A stretch of 32,000 nt of DNA from Candidatus Methylomirabilis oxygeniifera (GCA_000091165.1 FP565575.1:1710001-1742000), one strand, 5' to 3'. Numbered from the stretch's first letter, positions 9,102-20,127 are shown. Made by a program: numbers and translations. Notes: generated by a model from the letters alone, not told the origin.

Positions 9102-10903
9102 TACCGCTTCTCCTCAATGAGCTGTCTCAGCTCCTCCGGCATCTCGCGGATCGGCTCCAGCGTCGTGGTGATCGCCCCGTCACGCTTGCGGACAACGACG
9201 TTCACTGAGCCGAATCGTCGATCCGTAGACGGATAGTCCTCGCGTGCGTGGCCGCCGCGGCTCTCTTTACGTTCCAGCGCCGATCGCGTCACGCATTCCG
9301 CCACCGTGAGCAGCGCGCATAGGTCCAAGGCGGTATGCCAGCCTGGGTTATAGGCACGGCCGCCCTCGACGTGCACCTGCGGGAGCCGCTGCCGGTGTTC
9401 TCCGAGTCGTCCCAGCGCCTCTTGCAGCTCTGTCTCTGTCCGGATGATCCCCACGAGCGACTGCATCGTCTCTTGCAGTTCCGCCTGAAAGGCGTGCGGA
9501 TTCTCGGCGCCTGTTCTCTCAAACGGCATCAGGGCCTCGTACATACAGGCGTCGAGCTGACTCGCATCCGCCGTCGGCGAGCCGGAGAGGCTTTTCGCGT
9601 ACAGTGCCGCATGCTGTCCCGCGCGCCGGCCGAAGACCAGCAGGTCTGACAGGGCGTTACCGCCAAGACGGTTGCTGCCATGCAACCCACCTGCCACCTC
9701 TCCGGCCGCATACAAACCGGGTACGGCCGTCGCGGTCGTGTCTGCGTCGATCCGAATCCCCCCATTCATATAATGGGCGGTCGGGCCGACCTCCATCGGC
9801 TCTCTCGTGATATCTACGCCGGCCAGCTCCTTGAACTGGTGATACATCGACGGCAGACGCCGCATGATGTACTCTGCGGGACGCCGCGAGGCGATATCCA
9901 GGAAGACCCCGCCATGTGGACTCCCGCGTCCGGCCTTGACCTCCGAGTTGATCGCCCGCGCCACCTCGTCGCGCGGCAGCAGATCGGGCGTTCGCCGGTT
10001 ATTTTTCTTATCGGCATACCATCTGTCGGCCTCAGCCTCATTGTCTGCCGTCTCGGCCCTAAAGAACTCCGGGATATAACGAAACATGAATCGCTCGCCC
10101 CTGTTGTTCCGGAGTGTCCCGCCGTCGCCGCGCACCCCCTCAGTCACGAGGGTTCCCCGCACCGAGGGTGGCCAGACCATTCCGGTCGGGTGGAACTGAT
10201 ACGACTCCATGTCGATCAGCTCCGCGCCGGCCTCCAACGCCAGCATGACGCCGTTGCCGGTGCACTCCCAGGAGTTCGAGGTAAACTTCCACAGCTTACC
10301 GACCCCTCCGGTAGCCAGGATCACCGCCTTCGCCAGTAAGACAATGAAGCGACCGGTGTCGCGCCGGTAGCCGAATCCGCCGACTACACGATCGCCATCT
10401 TTCAGCAAGCGCGTTACAGTGCATTCCATGTGAACCTCGATCCCCTGAGCCACCGCATGCTGTTGCAGCGTACGGAGCATCTCAAGACCTGTCCGGTCGC
10501 CGACATGGGCCAGACGGGCGTAGCGATGACCGCCGAAGTCGCGCTGCAGAATGAGGCCGTCCCTGGTCCGATCGAATACCGCCCCCCATCGCTCCAGCTC
10601 CAGAACTCGGGCGGGCGCCTCCTGAGCGTGCAGTTGGGCCATCCGCCAGTTGTTCAGCATCTTGCCGCCTCGCATCGTATCGCGGAAGTGCACCCGCCAG
10701 TTGTCGTCGGGATAGACGTTGCCCAAGGCCGCGGCGATTCCGCCCTCGGCCATGACCGTATGAGCCTTGCCCAGGAGCGACTTACTGATGAGACCCACGG
10801 ACACGCCGAGCGCCCGCGCTTCGATGGCTGCCCGCAGACCGGCACCGCCGGCGCCGATGATCAGCACATCGTGCTCGTAGATCTCGTATGGCTCCTGCGC
10901 CAT
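9101..10903 (-). CDS. sdhA: Succinate dehydrogenase/fumarate reductase flavoprotein subunit
   Basis: DVLIIGAGGAGLRAAIEA, HTVMAEGGIAAALG, QFHPTG, GLYAAGEVAGGLHGSNRLGGNAL. Confidence 0.95.
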   Translation of the reverse strand: MAQEPYEIYEHDVLIIGAGGAGLRAAIEARALGVSVGLISKSLLGKAHTVMAEGGIAAALGNVYPDDNWRVHFRDTMRGGKMLNNWRMAQLHAQEAPARVLELERWGAVFDRTRDGLILQRDFGGHRYARLAHVGDRTGLEMLRTLQQHAVAQGIEVHMECTVTRLLKDGDRVVGGFGYRRDTGRFIVLLAKAVILATGGVGKLWKFTSNSWECTGNGVMLALEAGAELIDMESYQFHPTGMVWPPSVRGTLVTEGVRGDGGTLRNNRGERFMFRYIPEFFRAETADNEAEADRWYADKKNNRRTPDLLPRDEVARAINSEVKAGRGSPHGGVFLDIASRRPAEYIMRRLPSMYHQFKELAGVDITREPMEVGPTAHYMNGGIRIDADTTATAVPGLYAAGEVAGGLHGSNRLGGNALSDLLVFGRRAGQHAALYAKSLSGSPTADASQLDACMYEALMPFERTGAENPHAFQAELQETMQSLVGIIRTETELQEALGRLGEHRQRLPQVHVEGGRAYNPGWHTALDLCALLTVAECVTRSALERKESRGGHAREDYPSTDRRFGSVNVVVRKRDGAITTTLEPIREMPEELRQLIEEKR

Positions 10904-11646
10904 CAGAACAGTCTCATATCGCTGATGATGCCCATCGAGAGGAGACGGATATAGAGATCGGTTGATCCGACCGAAAAGAGACTCAACCAGAACCAGAGAT
11001 CGTGACGTTCGTTGAGACGGCTGACCTGACCCCAGACGGCGTGCCGGGTCGGGCAGTGTGAAAAACAGTCAAGCCGTCCGCCGACGAGATGTCGGAAGGA
11101 GTGGCAAGAGGTCAGGTAGAGACTGAGGAGGGCGACATTGGCCACCATGATGAGCGAGCCCATTCCTGCGCCAAGTCGCCCGTCGAAGACAACACTGAGG
11201 GCGGCGTGATACCACAGGATCATCAGCTCAACCGCAGCCAAGCAGAGAAAATAGCGATGGAGATTCATGAGGACCAGAGGGAATCGAGATTCGCCCGTAT
11301 AGCCGGCCCGCGCGTCCGCAACCGCGCAGGCCGGCGGCGTCAGCAAAAACGAACGATGGAAGGCCTTTCTGAAGTAGTAACAGGTGAACCGAAAGCCCGC
11401 TGGGGCCCAGATAATCAGGAGGGCCGGTGAGAGCGGCCACCATTCAGGTTTGGCAAACGTCGGATAGAAGGGCGAAAAGTAGTTCTTATACTCATAGTGG
11501 GTCCCCTGGAGGGCCGCCCAGGCCGTATAGACCATGAACCCGCCCAACGCCGACACGATCAGCATCGGCTGCAGCCACCAGATCTCTCTTCCCGAGGTCG
11601 GCGCCGCGATCTGTCCCCGCTGGTTGCTCAGCCGCTCTTCGATCAT
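10903..11646 (-). CDS. Succinate dehydrogenase membrane anchor/cytochrome b-like subunit
   Basis: Multiple hydrophobic helices with conserved histidines (NLHRYF, CHSFRHLVGG); directly upstream of and touching sdhA. Start chosen at MIEERL within the longer 10903..11664 frame. Confidence 0.75.
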   Translation of the reverse strand: MIEERLSNQRGQIAAPTSGREIWWLQPMLIVSALGGFMVYTAWAALQGTHYEYKNYFSPFYPTFAKPEWWPLSPALLIIWAPAGFRFTCYYFRKAFHRSFLLTPPACAVADARAGYTGESRFPLVLMNLHRYFLCLAAVELMILWYHAALSVVFDGRLGAGMGSLIMVANVALLSLYLTSCHSFRHLVGGRLDCFSHCPTRHAVWGQVSRLNERHDLWFWLSLFSVGSTDLYIRLLSMGIISDMRLF

Positions 11647-11687
11647 GGATCTCCCGAAAGCCAATGTTGTACCATTGACTACAACGG

Positions 11688-11960
11688 CTACTTTTTCTTT
11701 GCAGGTCGGCCTTTCGCCTTCATCTGCTGCTGCATCTGTTCCATCTGCGTCTTCAGCTCATCGACTTCCTTCTTCATTGCCTCATTCTCACCCTTCAACG
11801 CCACCGCCTCAGCCTTGAGATCGGTGTTCTCTTTCTGCAGCGTCTCTACCGTCTTCTTCAGTTGCTCATTTTCCTTCTTGATCTCCTGACCGCAGCCGGC
11901 GACCAACAGGCCCACAGCCAGCACCAAAGAGCCCAGATATCTGTTTCTCAGTCGCATCAT
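11688..11960 (-). CDS. Small coiled-coil lipoprotein
   Basis: Signal peptide with lipobox LLVAGC followed by heptad-rich EIKKENEQLKKTVETLQKEN... Confidence 0.7.
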   Translation of the reverse strand: MMRLRNRYLGSLVLAVGLLVAGCGQEIKKENEQLKKTVETLQKENTDLKAEAVALKGENEAMKKEVDELKTQMEQMQQQMKAKGRPAKKK

Positions 11961-12006
11961 CGCCTATCCTCCTCCTGTTCAAAGTTTGCGGTGTACCGTC
12001 TACAGT

Positions 12007-12936
12007 TCAGAGCTTCAGGATATCGATCAACTCTTTCACCCCGGCCGCCGACCGGTTCAGAGCCGCCGCCTCATCAGGTGTCAGCCGGATTTCGATGATC
12101 TGCTCGACACCGGCTGCGCCTAGCTTGACCGGGACACCGACGCACAACCCGTGTATCCCATACTCCCCATCCAGATAGACACAGCAGGGCATGATCTTCT
12201 GCTTATCCTTCAGAATCGCCTCCACCATCTCGACGGCAGAGGCACCAGGAGCGTAATACGCACTTCCCGTTCCAAGCAGCGCCAGGATCTCTCCCCCACC
12301 ACCGGCCGTCCGCTTTACCAGCGCCTCGATTCGGTCGGGCGGCAGCAGTTCGGTAATCGGAATTCCGGCCACCGTGGAGAACCGAGGCAGGGGAACCATT
12401 GCGTCACCATGGCCGCCGAGCACACAGGCATGGATATTCTCAACAGAGACCCGCAGCTCTTGCGCGATGAAGGTCCGAAATCGCGCGGCATCCAGGACGC
12501 CCGCCATGCCGATGACCCGCTCCCGAGCAAAGCCACTTCGCTTGAACGCCAGTTGGGTCATCGCGTCAAGCGGGTTACTGACAATGATGAGGATGCAGTT
12601 CGGCGAATGGCCTACAACCTGCCCGATCACCTCACCGACGATCCTGGCATTCGTATGAAGCAGATCATCCCGACTCATCCCCGGCTTTCTGGCAATGCCG
12701 GCCGTCACAACCACAATGTCAGAGTCGGCAGTATCCTGATAGTGCTTTGTGCCGATGATCCGACTGTCGGATCCAAGGACCGGACCCGTCTCGAGCAGGT
12801 CCAGTGCCCGTCCATGCTGGACACTCTCTAGAATATCGATCAGCACCACATCGGCCAGTTCCTTCGCGACAAGATACTGGCCCACGGTGGCGCCGACATT
12901 ACCCGCGCCACCAACAACGGTCACCTTCGGTCTCAT
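12007..12936 (-). CDS. mdh: Malate dehydrogenase
   Basis: [62 protein letters not shown]. Start at the internal ATG 12936; the annotated ORF is over-extended. Confidence 0.93.
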   Translation of the reverse strand: MRPKVTVVGGAGNVGATVGQYLVAKELADVVLIDILESVQHGRALDLLETGPVLGSDSRIIGTKHYQDTADSDIVVVTAGIARKPGMSRDDLLHTNARIVGEVIGQVVGHSPNCILIIVSNPLDAMTQLAFKRSGFARERVIGMAGVLDAARFRTFIAQELRVSVENIHACVLGGHGDAMVPLPRFSTVAGIPITELLPPDRIEALVKRTAGGGGEILALLGTGSAYYAPGASAVEMVEAILKDKQKIMPCCVYLDGEYGIHGLCVGVPVKLGAAGVEQIIEIRLTPDEAAALNRSAAGVKELIDILKL

Positions 12937-12968
12937 CTGCTCCCCCGCACGTCTACGTCTCGACCCGC

Positions 12969-14387
12969 CTAGCCCATCCGCTCGATGACTGCCGTGGCGA
13001 ACTCTGAGCACTTCAGCTCCTTGACGTCGGTTGCCCCCTCAGCGCGCAGCAACCTGGCAAAGTCATAGGTGACCTGCCTCCGACCAATAGTCTCCTCCAG
13101 CCCACGGACCACCAGATCCGCCGCCTCGTTCCAGCCGAGGTGTCGTAGCATCATCTCACCGGAGAGGATCACCGAACCGGGATTGACCTTATCCATATCG
13201 GCGTATTTCGGCGCCGTCCCATGAGTCGCCTCGAAGATCGCGTGACCGGTGCGATAGTTGATATTTCCCCCTGGAGCAATCCCTATCCCGCCGATCTGGG
13301 CGGCAAGCGCGTCTGAAAGATAGTCGCCATTCAGGTTCAGCGTCGCGATCACGTCGAACTCATCGGCCCGTGTCAGGGTCTGCTGCAGTGTAATGTCGGC
13401 AATCGAGTCTTTGATCAACAGCTTGCGCCTCCACTGTCCATCGCCATGCGTCGGCCACAGCGCGAGGGCGGCCTCGACCTCCTCGCGAACCTTCGCCCGC
13501 CGGTCAGGCGTCATATCTTTGTAGCCGGGATCAATGGCCAGTGCATTCTCCTCAACCGTGAGGTTAGGTGTCCGCTCTTTGTTGTCGAGAACCCAGCTCT
13601 CTCGAAGGCTGACCGTCTCGTGACGGTATCTGCCGGCCGCCAGCGCATACCCCCAGTCCCGAAATGCGCCTTCTGTGAACTTCATGATGTTGCCCTTGTG
13701 CACCATCGTCACAGACCTGCGCTGGTGTCTGAGGGCGTACCGAATCGCAGCCTCGATCAGCCGCTCGGTCCCTTCCCGGCTGACCGGTTTAATCCCGATT
13801 GCCGAACTCTCCGGGAAGCGGATCTTCGTGACCCCCATCTCATTCTGCAGGAAGCGGATGACCTTGCCGACCTCCGGCGATTGCGCCTCCCACTCGATCC
13901 CGGCGTAGATGTCCTCGGTGTTCTCCCGGAAGATTACCATATCGACCTGTTCGGGGCGCTTCACGGGGCTCGGGACGCCGCGAATGTACCCGACCGGCCT
14001 GAGACAGACATACAGGTCGAGGAGCTGGCGAAGCGCCACATTCAAGCTTCGTATGCCGCCACCGACTGGCGTCGTCAGCGGTCCCTTGATCCCGACCACA
14101 TACGTACGGAAGGCCTGAACAGTCTCTTCAGGCAGCCAGGTCTTAAGGGTATTGAACGCCTTCTCGCCTGCGTAGACTTCAAGCCAGGCGATACGGCGCT
14201 GCCCGCCATAGGCGCGTTTCACTGCTGCATCAAACACGCGGACCGAGGCGCGCCAGATATCTCGTCCGGTCCCGTCGCCCTCGATAAAGGGGATGATCGG
14301 ATCGTCCGGAACGATCAATCGACCATCTTCCACGGTGATCGTATGACCCTCTTGCTGCGATTGAATCCCTTCCCACTGTTTCATCAT
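12969..14387 (-). CDS. icd: Isocitrate dehydrogenase (NADP-type)
   Basis: [72 protein letters not shown]. Confidence 0.94.
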   Translation of the reverse strand: MMKQWEGIQSQQEGHTITVEDGRLIVPDDPIIPFIEGDGTGRDIWRASVRVFDAAVKRAYGGQRRIAWLEVYAGEKAFNTLKTWLPEETVQAFRTYVVGIKGPLTTPVGGGIRSLNVALRQLLDLYVCLRPVGYIRGVPSPVKRPEQVDMVIFRENTEDIYAGIEWEAQSPEVGKVIRFLQNEMGVTKIRFPESSAIGIKPVSREGTERLIEAAIRYALRHQRRSVTMVHKGNIMKFTEGAFRDWGYALAAGRYRHETVSLRESWVLDNKERTPNLTVEENALAIDPGYKDMTPDRRAKVREEVEAALALWPTHGDGQWRRKLLIKDSIADITLQQTLTRADEFDVIATLNLNGDYLSDALAAQIGGIGIAPGGNINYRTGHAIFEATHGTAPKYADMDKVNPGSVILSGEMMLRHLGWNEAADLVVRGLEETIGRRQVTYDFARLLRAEGATDVKELKCSEFATAVIERMG

Positions 14388-14559
14388 CTATTTCCTCATC
14401 GGCAAGTAAGCGCAACGAGCGTCGCCACCGGCCAACATTGCGAAAAGATTATGTATAAGGACCACGCGAAGAGAGGATTCACGAGGATCTTCCGGTGCTT
14501 GACAGGCGCACGCTAACACGAACGCCGGAGGGGTGTCAAGTCATCGCGCCCCGCATCGT

Positions 14560-16569
14560 CTAGGGAATTGGTCCGGTCATCGAAAGATTATTTGTCTCAT
14601 CAAGTTCTGCGATCCTGTCGAGCGCATCGACGACGGCGAACAGATATTTGCCTGATGCGGTGATCCTCCTCCGTAGCCGCACTTTGACCTTGTGCATTGT
14701 GGCTCGCCCAAGCCGGAGCTTCCTGATGCGCAAGCCCTCCAGCACCGTATCATCGTTCGGATCCAGGACAGCATCGTCGGAAAGGAAGATCCGCAGACGG
14801 GAGGCATGAGCGGTCGCATCCCCCTGGTTAACGACCTGCACATCGCCTCGGAGCGTGCACCGATCCCGGTGACAGCTTTGGCTCACCGAGCTCCAGGTCC
14901 CGATAAGATCCGGACCGGTAGCGGATGCAAAGGTCGCAGTACAGTTCTTGTCGGTATCTATTGTCAATCTTCCATCGGCGCAGTCCGGGTCTCCGCTCCA
15001 GCCGACAAAGAGGGACCCGGGATTCGCCGTAGCATTGAGAGTCACTACGGCACCGCCATTATAGACCTCAGCACAATCCCCGGGACAGGCGATACCGTCG
15101 CCGGTCACGATGCCGCTGCCGGTCCCCGCCGTCGTAACGGTCAGAACGTACGGGGCCGAGGTAAAGCTGGTGATAGTAACCTGGAAGCCGGTCGCAGTTG
15201 CGGCATCAACAGTCACGCTGATCTGATTCGCTGAATCAGTAAAGGTCTCGCCGGGAGTCCACATCGCCGCGCTGTCATTCGGATCTCCGTTATCGTCCGG
15301 ATCAACAACCTGGGCCGAACGACTCCGTGTGATATCGACATCATGGATGACGACCGCTTCGCCGGGAACATTTTCATCATGACCCGCAAAATATCTGGCC
15401 TCTACGGTGTAGAATCTGGCGCGTGATCCGCCTATCGGGATCTGCGCCATAAGATAGTCGTCTGATACCGGTTGCGCAATCCGCTCTAAGGTGATCGTGT
15501 GGCTGCTTCCCACCGTATGCACATACGTGCGCGAGAACGGTATCCACCCGAGCATGTTCTTGTGATACGCGATGGTATGCGGCGCAACACAACCGTAGAC
15601 GGCATCAGAGGATGCGCAGGTCCCGATCCTCCGGCTCATGACATCCCACGAAGAGTCGTGCGAGACGCTATATGGGCCGGACGAATGAGGAAGCCCAAAG
15701 CCGTGTCCCATCTCATGAGCCAGCAGGCTCTGGGTGTGCCCCCACGACGCAATCCACGTCATCCCGTAAGACTTGGACTCCCCATCGCGATCTAACCGCA
15801 AGCCCCACGCACCCCAGGAACAGCAATCAAGGGTGTCGTTGAATACTAAATTGATGCCGGCAAAATTGGGGAAGAACACATCGGTATCGGCAACGGCGGT
15901 GCAGTCATCCTTTAACCTGCTCAAATTCGCCCCGGTGTCGTTCACATAATACGATCTTGGGTGGGGTAAATTGTACCACCCGAATACCGCACTCCCGGTC
16001 AGATTGAACTGTTCGTAGGACAATTCCCTCCAGTAGTGACCCAAATATGAGGAACCCATCAGCGTATTGAAGAAGCCGACATCATGGGGGGTCACACCGA
16101 TCGAATCGCTGAAACGGCACAGTATGGTTGCCCATGGCTGAGAACCTGTTACTGCCGAGGAAGGCATTTCGGCTGTGGCGGCTCCGGCTCCCTCGGGTAT
16201 CTCAAACTCGACAGAGCGCGCCTGAATGTCGGCGAACGGCCGCGCGTGACTCCCCTCGTAAGTTGCGTGCACCATTTCCCCGATGACCTTTACCCGTTTG
16301 CCCTGTAAAGCCTGCAGACCACCGAAAGACCTCGTAAGCGTCTCGTTCAATACTATTGGGGTCCATTCGTCCTGGTCGTCGATGATGGCAAACGCCTGCA
16401 CAGGTTCTGATCTCGAATCCGGACTCGGATCCCCCCATGCCACCTGCAATCGCCCGGACAACGATACCTGTTGCGCTATAGCCGGATGAAGTGTCACCGC
16501 CCACGTCAGGATCACAGACGTGATACCGGAGATCATCCATCTCGCTGCCAGCCGACCCCGCACCTTCAT
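14560..16569 (-). CDS. Secreted zinc metallopeptidase (metzincin, gametolysin/M11-like) with bacterial-repeat and CARDB-like C-terminal domains
   Basis: Signal peptide (MKVRGRLAARWMISGITSVILTWAVTLHPAIAQQ); AHEMGHGFGLPHSSG (HExxHxxGxxH), met-turn candidate SWDVMSRR; GTGSGIVTGDGIACPGDCAE repeat domain; C-terminal VVNQGDATAHASRLRIFLS...ELDETNN. Confidence 0.8.
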   Translation of the reverse strand: MKVRGRLAARWMISGITSVILTWAVTLHPAIAQQVSLSGRLQVAWGDPSPDSRSEPVQAFAIIDDQDEWTPIVLNETLTRSFGGLQALQGKRVKVIGEMVHATYEGSHARPFADIQARSVEFEIPEGAGAATAEMPSSAVTGSQPWATILCRFSDSIGVTPHDVGFFNTLMGSSYLGHYWRELSYEQFNLTGSAVFGWYNLPHPRSYYVNDTGANLSRLKDDCTAVADTDVFFPNFAGINLVFNDTLDCCSWGAWGLRLDRDGESKSYGMTWIASWGHTQSLLAHEMGHGFGLPHSSGPYSVSHDSSWDVMSRRIGTCASSDAVYGCVAPHTIAYHKNMLGWIPFSRTYVHTVGSSHTITLERIAQPVSDDYLMAQIPIGGSRARFYTVEARYFAGHDENVPGEAVVIHDVDITRSRSAQVVDPDDNGDPNDSAAMWTPGETFTDSANQISVTVDAATATGFQVTITSFTSAPYVLTVTTAGTGSGIVTGDGIACPGDCAEVYNGGAVVTLNATANPGSLFVGWSGDPDCADGRLTIDTDKNCTATFASATGPDLIGTWSSVSQSCHRDRCTLRGDVQVVNQGDATAHASRLRIFLSDDAVLDPNDDTVLEGLRIRKLRLGRATMHKVKVRLRRRITASGKYLFAVVDALDRIAELDETNNLSMTGPIP

Positions 16570-16582
16570 CGCCTCCCCACCG

Positions 16583-17071
16583 TTATTCAAGAACGATCGA
16601 TAACACTCTGACTGACTCCGAGGGGGCGGCCATCCTCTCTCCCACAACTTTTGCTCGTTTATGGTTCAACGCCAGCGGCCCTCCGAGCGATTGAGCCATC
16701 TCCTCATCCAGGAGCAACTCAGTCCACCGACCTTGATCATCTGAGAGAATATAGTGAACCCGGTCGTTCCATATCACAGTAACCCATCCCGACAAAGAGA
16801 TCGCTTGCGTCTTGTTGGACTGCGTATGTCCGGAAGGAGCGTCCGCACTCCCTCCTGTGTGCGTCGAGGAAGCTGCGATAACAGGCCAGGAAGAGTAAGG
16901 AACGGCCATCGCCGGATTCGGCCTGTCAGGATCATGCCGCAGCCCCTCACGTACTGTTCCCGCAGCATCCGTCCTCGCGCTCAGCAGCCACAGGATGGTC
17001 GCAACTACAGGGCCGCCTCGACCCAACCTTCGCAATAGTCCGATCTCTCTTGCGATCATCACGTTGCCCAT
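16583..17071 (-). CDS. Hypothetical protein related to the N-terminal domain of the adjacent metallopeptidase
   Basis: ISLSGWVTVIWNDRVHYILSDDQGRWTELLLDEEMAQSLGGPLALNHKRAKVVGERM resembles VSLSGRLQVAWGD...IIDDQDEWTPIVLNETLTRSFGGLQALQGKRVKVIGEMV in the peptidase. Confidence 0.6.
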   Translation of the reverse strand: MGNVMIAREIGLLRRLGRGGPVVATILWLLSARTDAAGTVREGLRHDPDRPNPAMAVPYSSWPVIAASSTHTGGSADAPSGHTQSNKTQAISLSGWVTVIWNDRVHYILSDDQGRWTELLLDEEMAQSLGGPLALNHKRAKVVGERMAAPSESVRVLSIVLE

Positions 17072-17150
17072 CCCGTCATGACGCCGTCCATTCCACAGAA
17101 AGCACCTCAGCCCACTCCTGCGCGGTCAGGTGCTGTTTGCACACCGCACT

Positions 17151-17741
17151 TCAACGCTTGTCGGCAAGCAACGCGGTGTATATGGCAAGGTCGGCGGCAG
17201 AGAAGCAGATGAAGATTACCCCTTTTACCACCTGTTCTCTCGCCACACAATCGCGAACCGTTTCCGCAGCAACCCTCGCAGCCGGCTCCTTCGGGTATCC
17301 ATAGACACCGGTACTGATACACGGAAACGCCACACTGGTCAGCCCGGACTCGGCGGCCAGCCGTAACGATCTGGTATAGCAGGAAGCGAGAATCTCCTGC
17401 TCGCCATGAGAGCCCCCTCGCCATATTGGGCCGACGGTATGGATGACATACTTCGCAGGCAGCCGATAGCCCTTCGTGATCCTGGCATCGCCCGGTTCAC
17501 ACCCACCCAGCAAACGACACTCGGCCAGCAATCCAGGCCCGGCGGCTCGGTGAATTGCGCCGTCTACTCCACCTCCGCCCAGCAACGACGAATTTGCGGC
17601 GTTCACGATGGCATCGACAGCCAGTGTGGTAATATCGGCCTGCACTGCTCTGAGAATCGTCACTCTGACCTCCGTTACCGAAAGAGACTTCAACGAAGTC
17701 ACAGAATGGTAATTCCAGAACGTGCGAGTGTCAAGGCGCAC
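17151..17741 (-). CDS. Macrodomain protein (O-acetyl-ADP-ribose deacetylase/YmdB-like)
   Basis: [47 protein letters not shown] motifs. The N-terminal start is uncertain and may be internal. Confidence 0.88.
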   Translation of the reverse strand: MRLDTRTFWNYHSVTSLKSLSVTEVRVTILRAVQADITTLAVDAIVNAANSSLLGGGGVDGAIHRAAGPGLLAECRLLGGCEPGDARITKGYRLPAKYVIHTVGPIWRGGSHGEQEILASCYTRSLRLAAESGLTSVAFPCISTGVYGYPKEPAARVAAETVRDCVAREQVVKGVIFICFSAADLAIYTALLADKR

Positions 17742-17786
17742 GTGGGGACCGGCGACGACGGCAACCTCACCTTATCAACCGGACAT

Positions 17787-19331
17787 CTACGGCGCTTGAA
17801 GAACCGTATCGAGGAACTCCCGCGCGACCACTGCGACATCGCGGTGACTGACATCCACATCATAGTTCATCCGGCGCATCGAAGTCTCTGAAATCCGTCC
17901 GGCCAGTCGCTCGATGGCCGTTCGAAGCTCCGGATAATCGGCCAACGTCTCGGTTCGCACGACGGGGATGGCATGGTAGGGCGGGAAATAGCGCCGGTCA
18001 TCCTCGAGCATGGTCAGATCGAGACCCTTGATCAGCCCACTGGTCGCCTCTCCGGCGATCAGATCGACGGAGCCGCCGGCGAGCGCCCGATAGCTCAGCG
18101 TGAGATCCATCACATGCGGCGTCTCGGCGAATCGCAGCCCGTAGGTCCGCACCAGTCCCTTATAGCCGTCCTCGCGTTCCAGGAATTCATATCCGAAGGC
18201 AGCCTTCCAGCCCGGTGTATGCGGCGCCGCATCGCTGATCGTTGTAAGGTTGAGGCGCTGCGCGTCTGCCGCACGGATGAGGATCGCAAAGGTGTTGTTG
18301 AAGCCGAGCGGCGACAGCACCGTACGGCCGGTCGCCGCATAGGCTGCGGTGACGCGCTCAAGCACGTCCGCATGATCCCGCAACACCGGCTGATGGAAAA
18401 TCGCGGTCAGGGCCGTTCCCGTATACTCAACGTAGGCATCAATGGCGCCGGACTGCAGCGCCTGATCGCTGATAAACGTGCCGCCCAGATTGAGGCGGCG
18501 TTCGACGCTGAGATCGGTCGTCTGCTCGATCACCTGGGCCAACAGTTCGCCGAGAATCACCTGTTCTGAAAAATTCTTCGATCCGATGATGACCCGAGAG
18601 TCCCAGCGCCCAGAGACGGCATAGCCGCCCATGACGATCAGGGTCAACGCAATACCGGCGACCGTCAGTGTGCGGACCGTCACACGCTGCGATCTGGCGG
18701 CCCCAGGCGTCAAGGCGCGCTCCAGCCATCCGAGCGAGCCGTCCACCACAAGGGCCAGGAGCGCGGCCGGCACCGCACCCGCAAGGATCAGGGTCGGCTC
18801 GGTCATGGAGAGACCCCGGAAGATATAGTCGCCGAGCCCTCCCGCGCCAATGGCAGCGGCAATCGTCGCCGCCCCCACGCCGACCACCGCCGCCACCCGC
18901 ACCCCCGCCACCATCGTGGGCATCGCGAGCGGCAACTCGACCTGCAGCAGCAACTGTTGCGGCGTCATCCCCAGGGCCACACCCGCATCCCGCGCAGCCC
19001 GATCGATCCCCTGAATGCCCGCGACCGTATTGCGCATGACCGGCAGCAGCGCATACAGGATGAGTACGAGCAGCGCGCTTCGGGTACCGACCCCTCCAAT
19101 AAGGGGCAGCGCAACCAGAAACCCGAACATGGCGAGGCTAGGCACCGTCTGCGCGATATTGGCGAAGGTCAGCAGCACCGCACCCAGCCGAGGACGTCGT
19201 GTCGCCACGATCCCAAGCGGCACCGCGATGGCGATCGCCGCCGCAGTCGCGACCAGCGTGAGCAGCAGATGCTGAGCGATGGCGCTCAGCATGTCGGCCC
19301 GATGAGCGATCCAGAAGTTAAGCAGATTCAC
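17787..19331 (-). CDS. Fused ABC transporter permease and substrate-binding domain, OpuB/OpuC/EgtU-like (quaternary amine or ergothioneine class)
   Basis: Permease half (ATRRPRLGAVLLTFANIAQTVPSLAMFG..., EAA-like GAATIAAAIGAGGLGDYI) followed by binding-protein half (IIGSKNFSEQVILGELLAQVIE...YVEYTGTALT). Probable GTG start at 19331 overlaps the end of the ATPase gene. Confidence 0.88.
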   Translation of the reverse strand: MNLLNFWIAHRADMLSAIAQHLLLTLVATAAAIAIAVPLGIVATRRPRLGAVLLTFANIAQTVPSLAMFGFLVALPLIGGVGTRSALLVLILYALLPVMRNTVAGIQGIDRAARDAGVALGMTPQQLLLQVELPLAMPTMVAGVRVAAVVGVGAATIAAAIGAGGLGDYIFRGLSMTEPTLILAGAVPAALLALVVDGSLGWLERALTPGAARSQRVTVRTLTVAGIALTLIVMGGYAVSGRWDSRVIIGSKNFSEQVILGELLAQVIEQTTDLSVERRLNLGGTFISDQALQSGAIDAYVEYTGTALTAIFHQPVLRDHADVLERVTAAYAATGRTVLSPLGFNNTFAILIRAADAQRLNLTTISDAAPHTPGWKAAFGYEFLEREDGYKGLVRTYGLRFAETPHVMDLTLSYRALAGGSVDLIAGEATSGLIKGLDLTMLEDDRRYFPPYHAIPVVRTETLADYPELRTAIERLAGRISETSMRRMNYDVDVSHRDVAVVAREFLDTVLQAP

Positions 19332-20085
19332 TGGCGACAACCGGTACCGGCGGCATGGCGTCGAGGAACATCCGAATCCTCGGATCGCCCGTGCGGGCGA
19401 CCGCCTCCGGCGTATCGAGGGCGACGAGGCGTCCCTGATCCAGGACGCCAAGTCGGGTGGCAAGCGCAAACGCTTCACCCATGTCGTGCGATACCATGAC
19501 GACGGTTTTGTGAAGCTGTTCCTGGATGCGGCGGAACTCGCGATGCAGTTCGGCTCGCGTCAGCGGATCGAGCGCGCCGAACGGCTCATCCATCAGGATG
19601 ACTGGGGGGTCGGCGGCAAGCGCCCTGGCGAATCCCACTCGTTGGCGCTGCCCGCCTGAAAGCTCGTGGGGAAATCGCCCCTCAAAGGTTGGGGGATCAA
19701 GCCCGACAAGCTCCAACAGCTCCCGGCAGCGCGCATCGATACGAGCTTCCGGCCACCCGTTCAGGTGCGGCACAACCCCGACGTTACGGCCGATGGTCAT
19801 GTGTGGAAACAGGCCGACCTCCTGCAGGACATAGCCGGTTCGGCGGCGTAAGGCGATCGGGTCCCACTCGGATGTCGCCCGGCCCTCGACCCGAACCTCG
19901 CCGGCACTCGGGACGAGGAGATGGTTGATCAGCCGAAGAATAGTCGTCTTCCCGACGCCGCTCCGGCCCACAAGGACCAGCACCGTGCCGCGCTCTACGG
20001 TGAAGCTGACATCATCAAGAATCACCGCGCCGCCTGGGGCTCGGTAATGCACGCGCGCAAACTCAATCACAGACAGGTCATTCAT
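19318..20085 (-). CDS. ABC transporter ATP-binding protein, glycine-betaine/osmoprotectant or ergothioneine class
   Basis: LVGRSGVGKTTILRLIN Walker A, ELSGGQRQRVGFARALA signature, VILMDEPFGALDPLTR Walker B. Confidence 0.93.
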   Translation of the reverse strand: MNDLSVIEFARVHYRAPGGAVILDDVSFTVERGTVLVLVGRSGVGKTTILRLINHLLVPSAGEVRVEGRATSEWDPIALRRRTGYVLQEVGLFPHMTIGRNVGVVPHLNGWPEARIDARCRELLELVGLDPPTFEGRFPHELSGGQRQRVGFARALAADPPVILMDEPFGALDPLTRAELHREFRRIQEQLHKTVVMVSHDMGEAFALATRLGVLDQGRLVALDTPEAVARTGDPRIRMFLDAMPPVPVVASESA

Positions 20086-20127
20086 AACTGAAGGGAAGAA
20101 ACGATTGGATCATCACAGGCGGGATGA

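Noticed and set aside
9680-10339. 219-aa plus-strand ORF
   Set aside because: It is antisense to sdhA; no independent coding evidence.
13446-14516. 356-aa plus-strand ORF
   Set aside because: It is antisense to the clearly identified icd gene and has no family features; it is a product of high-GC codon bias.
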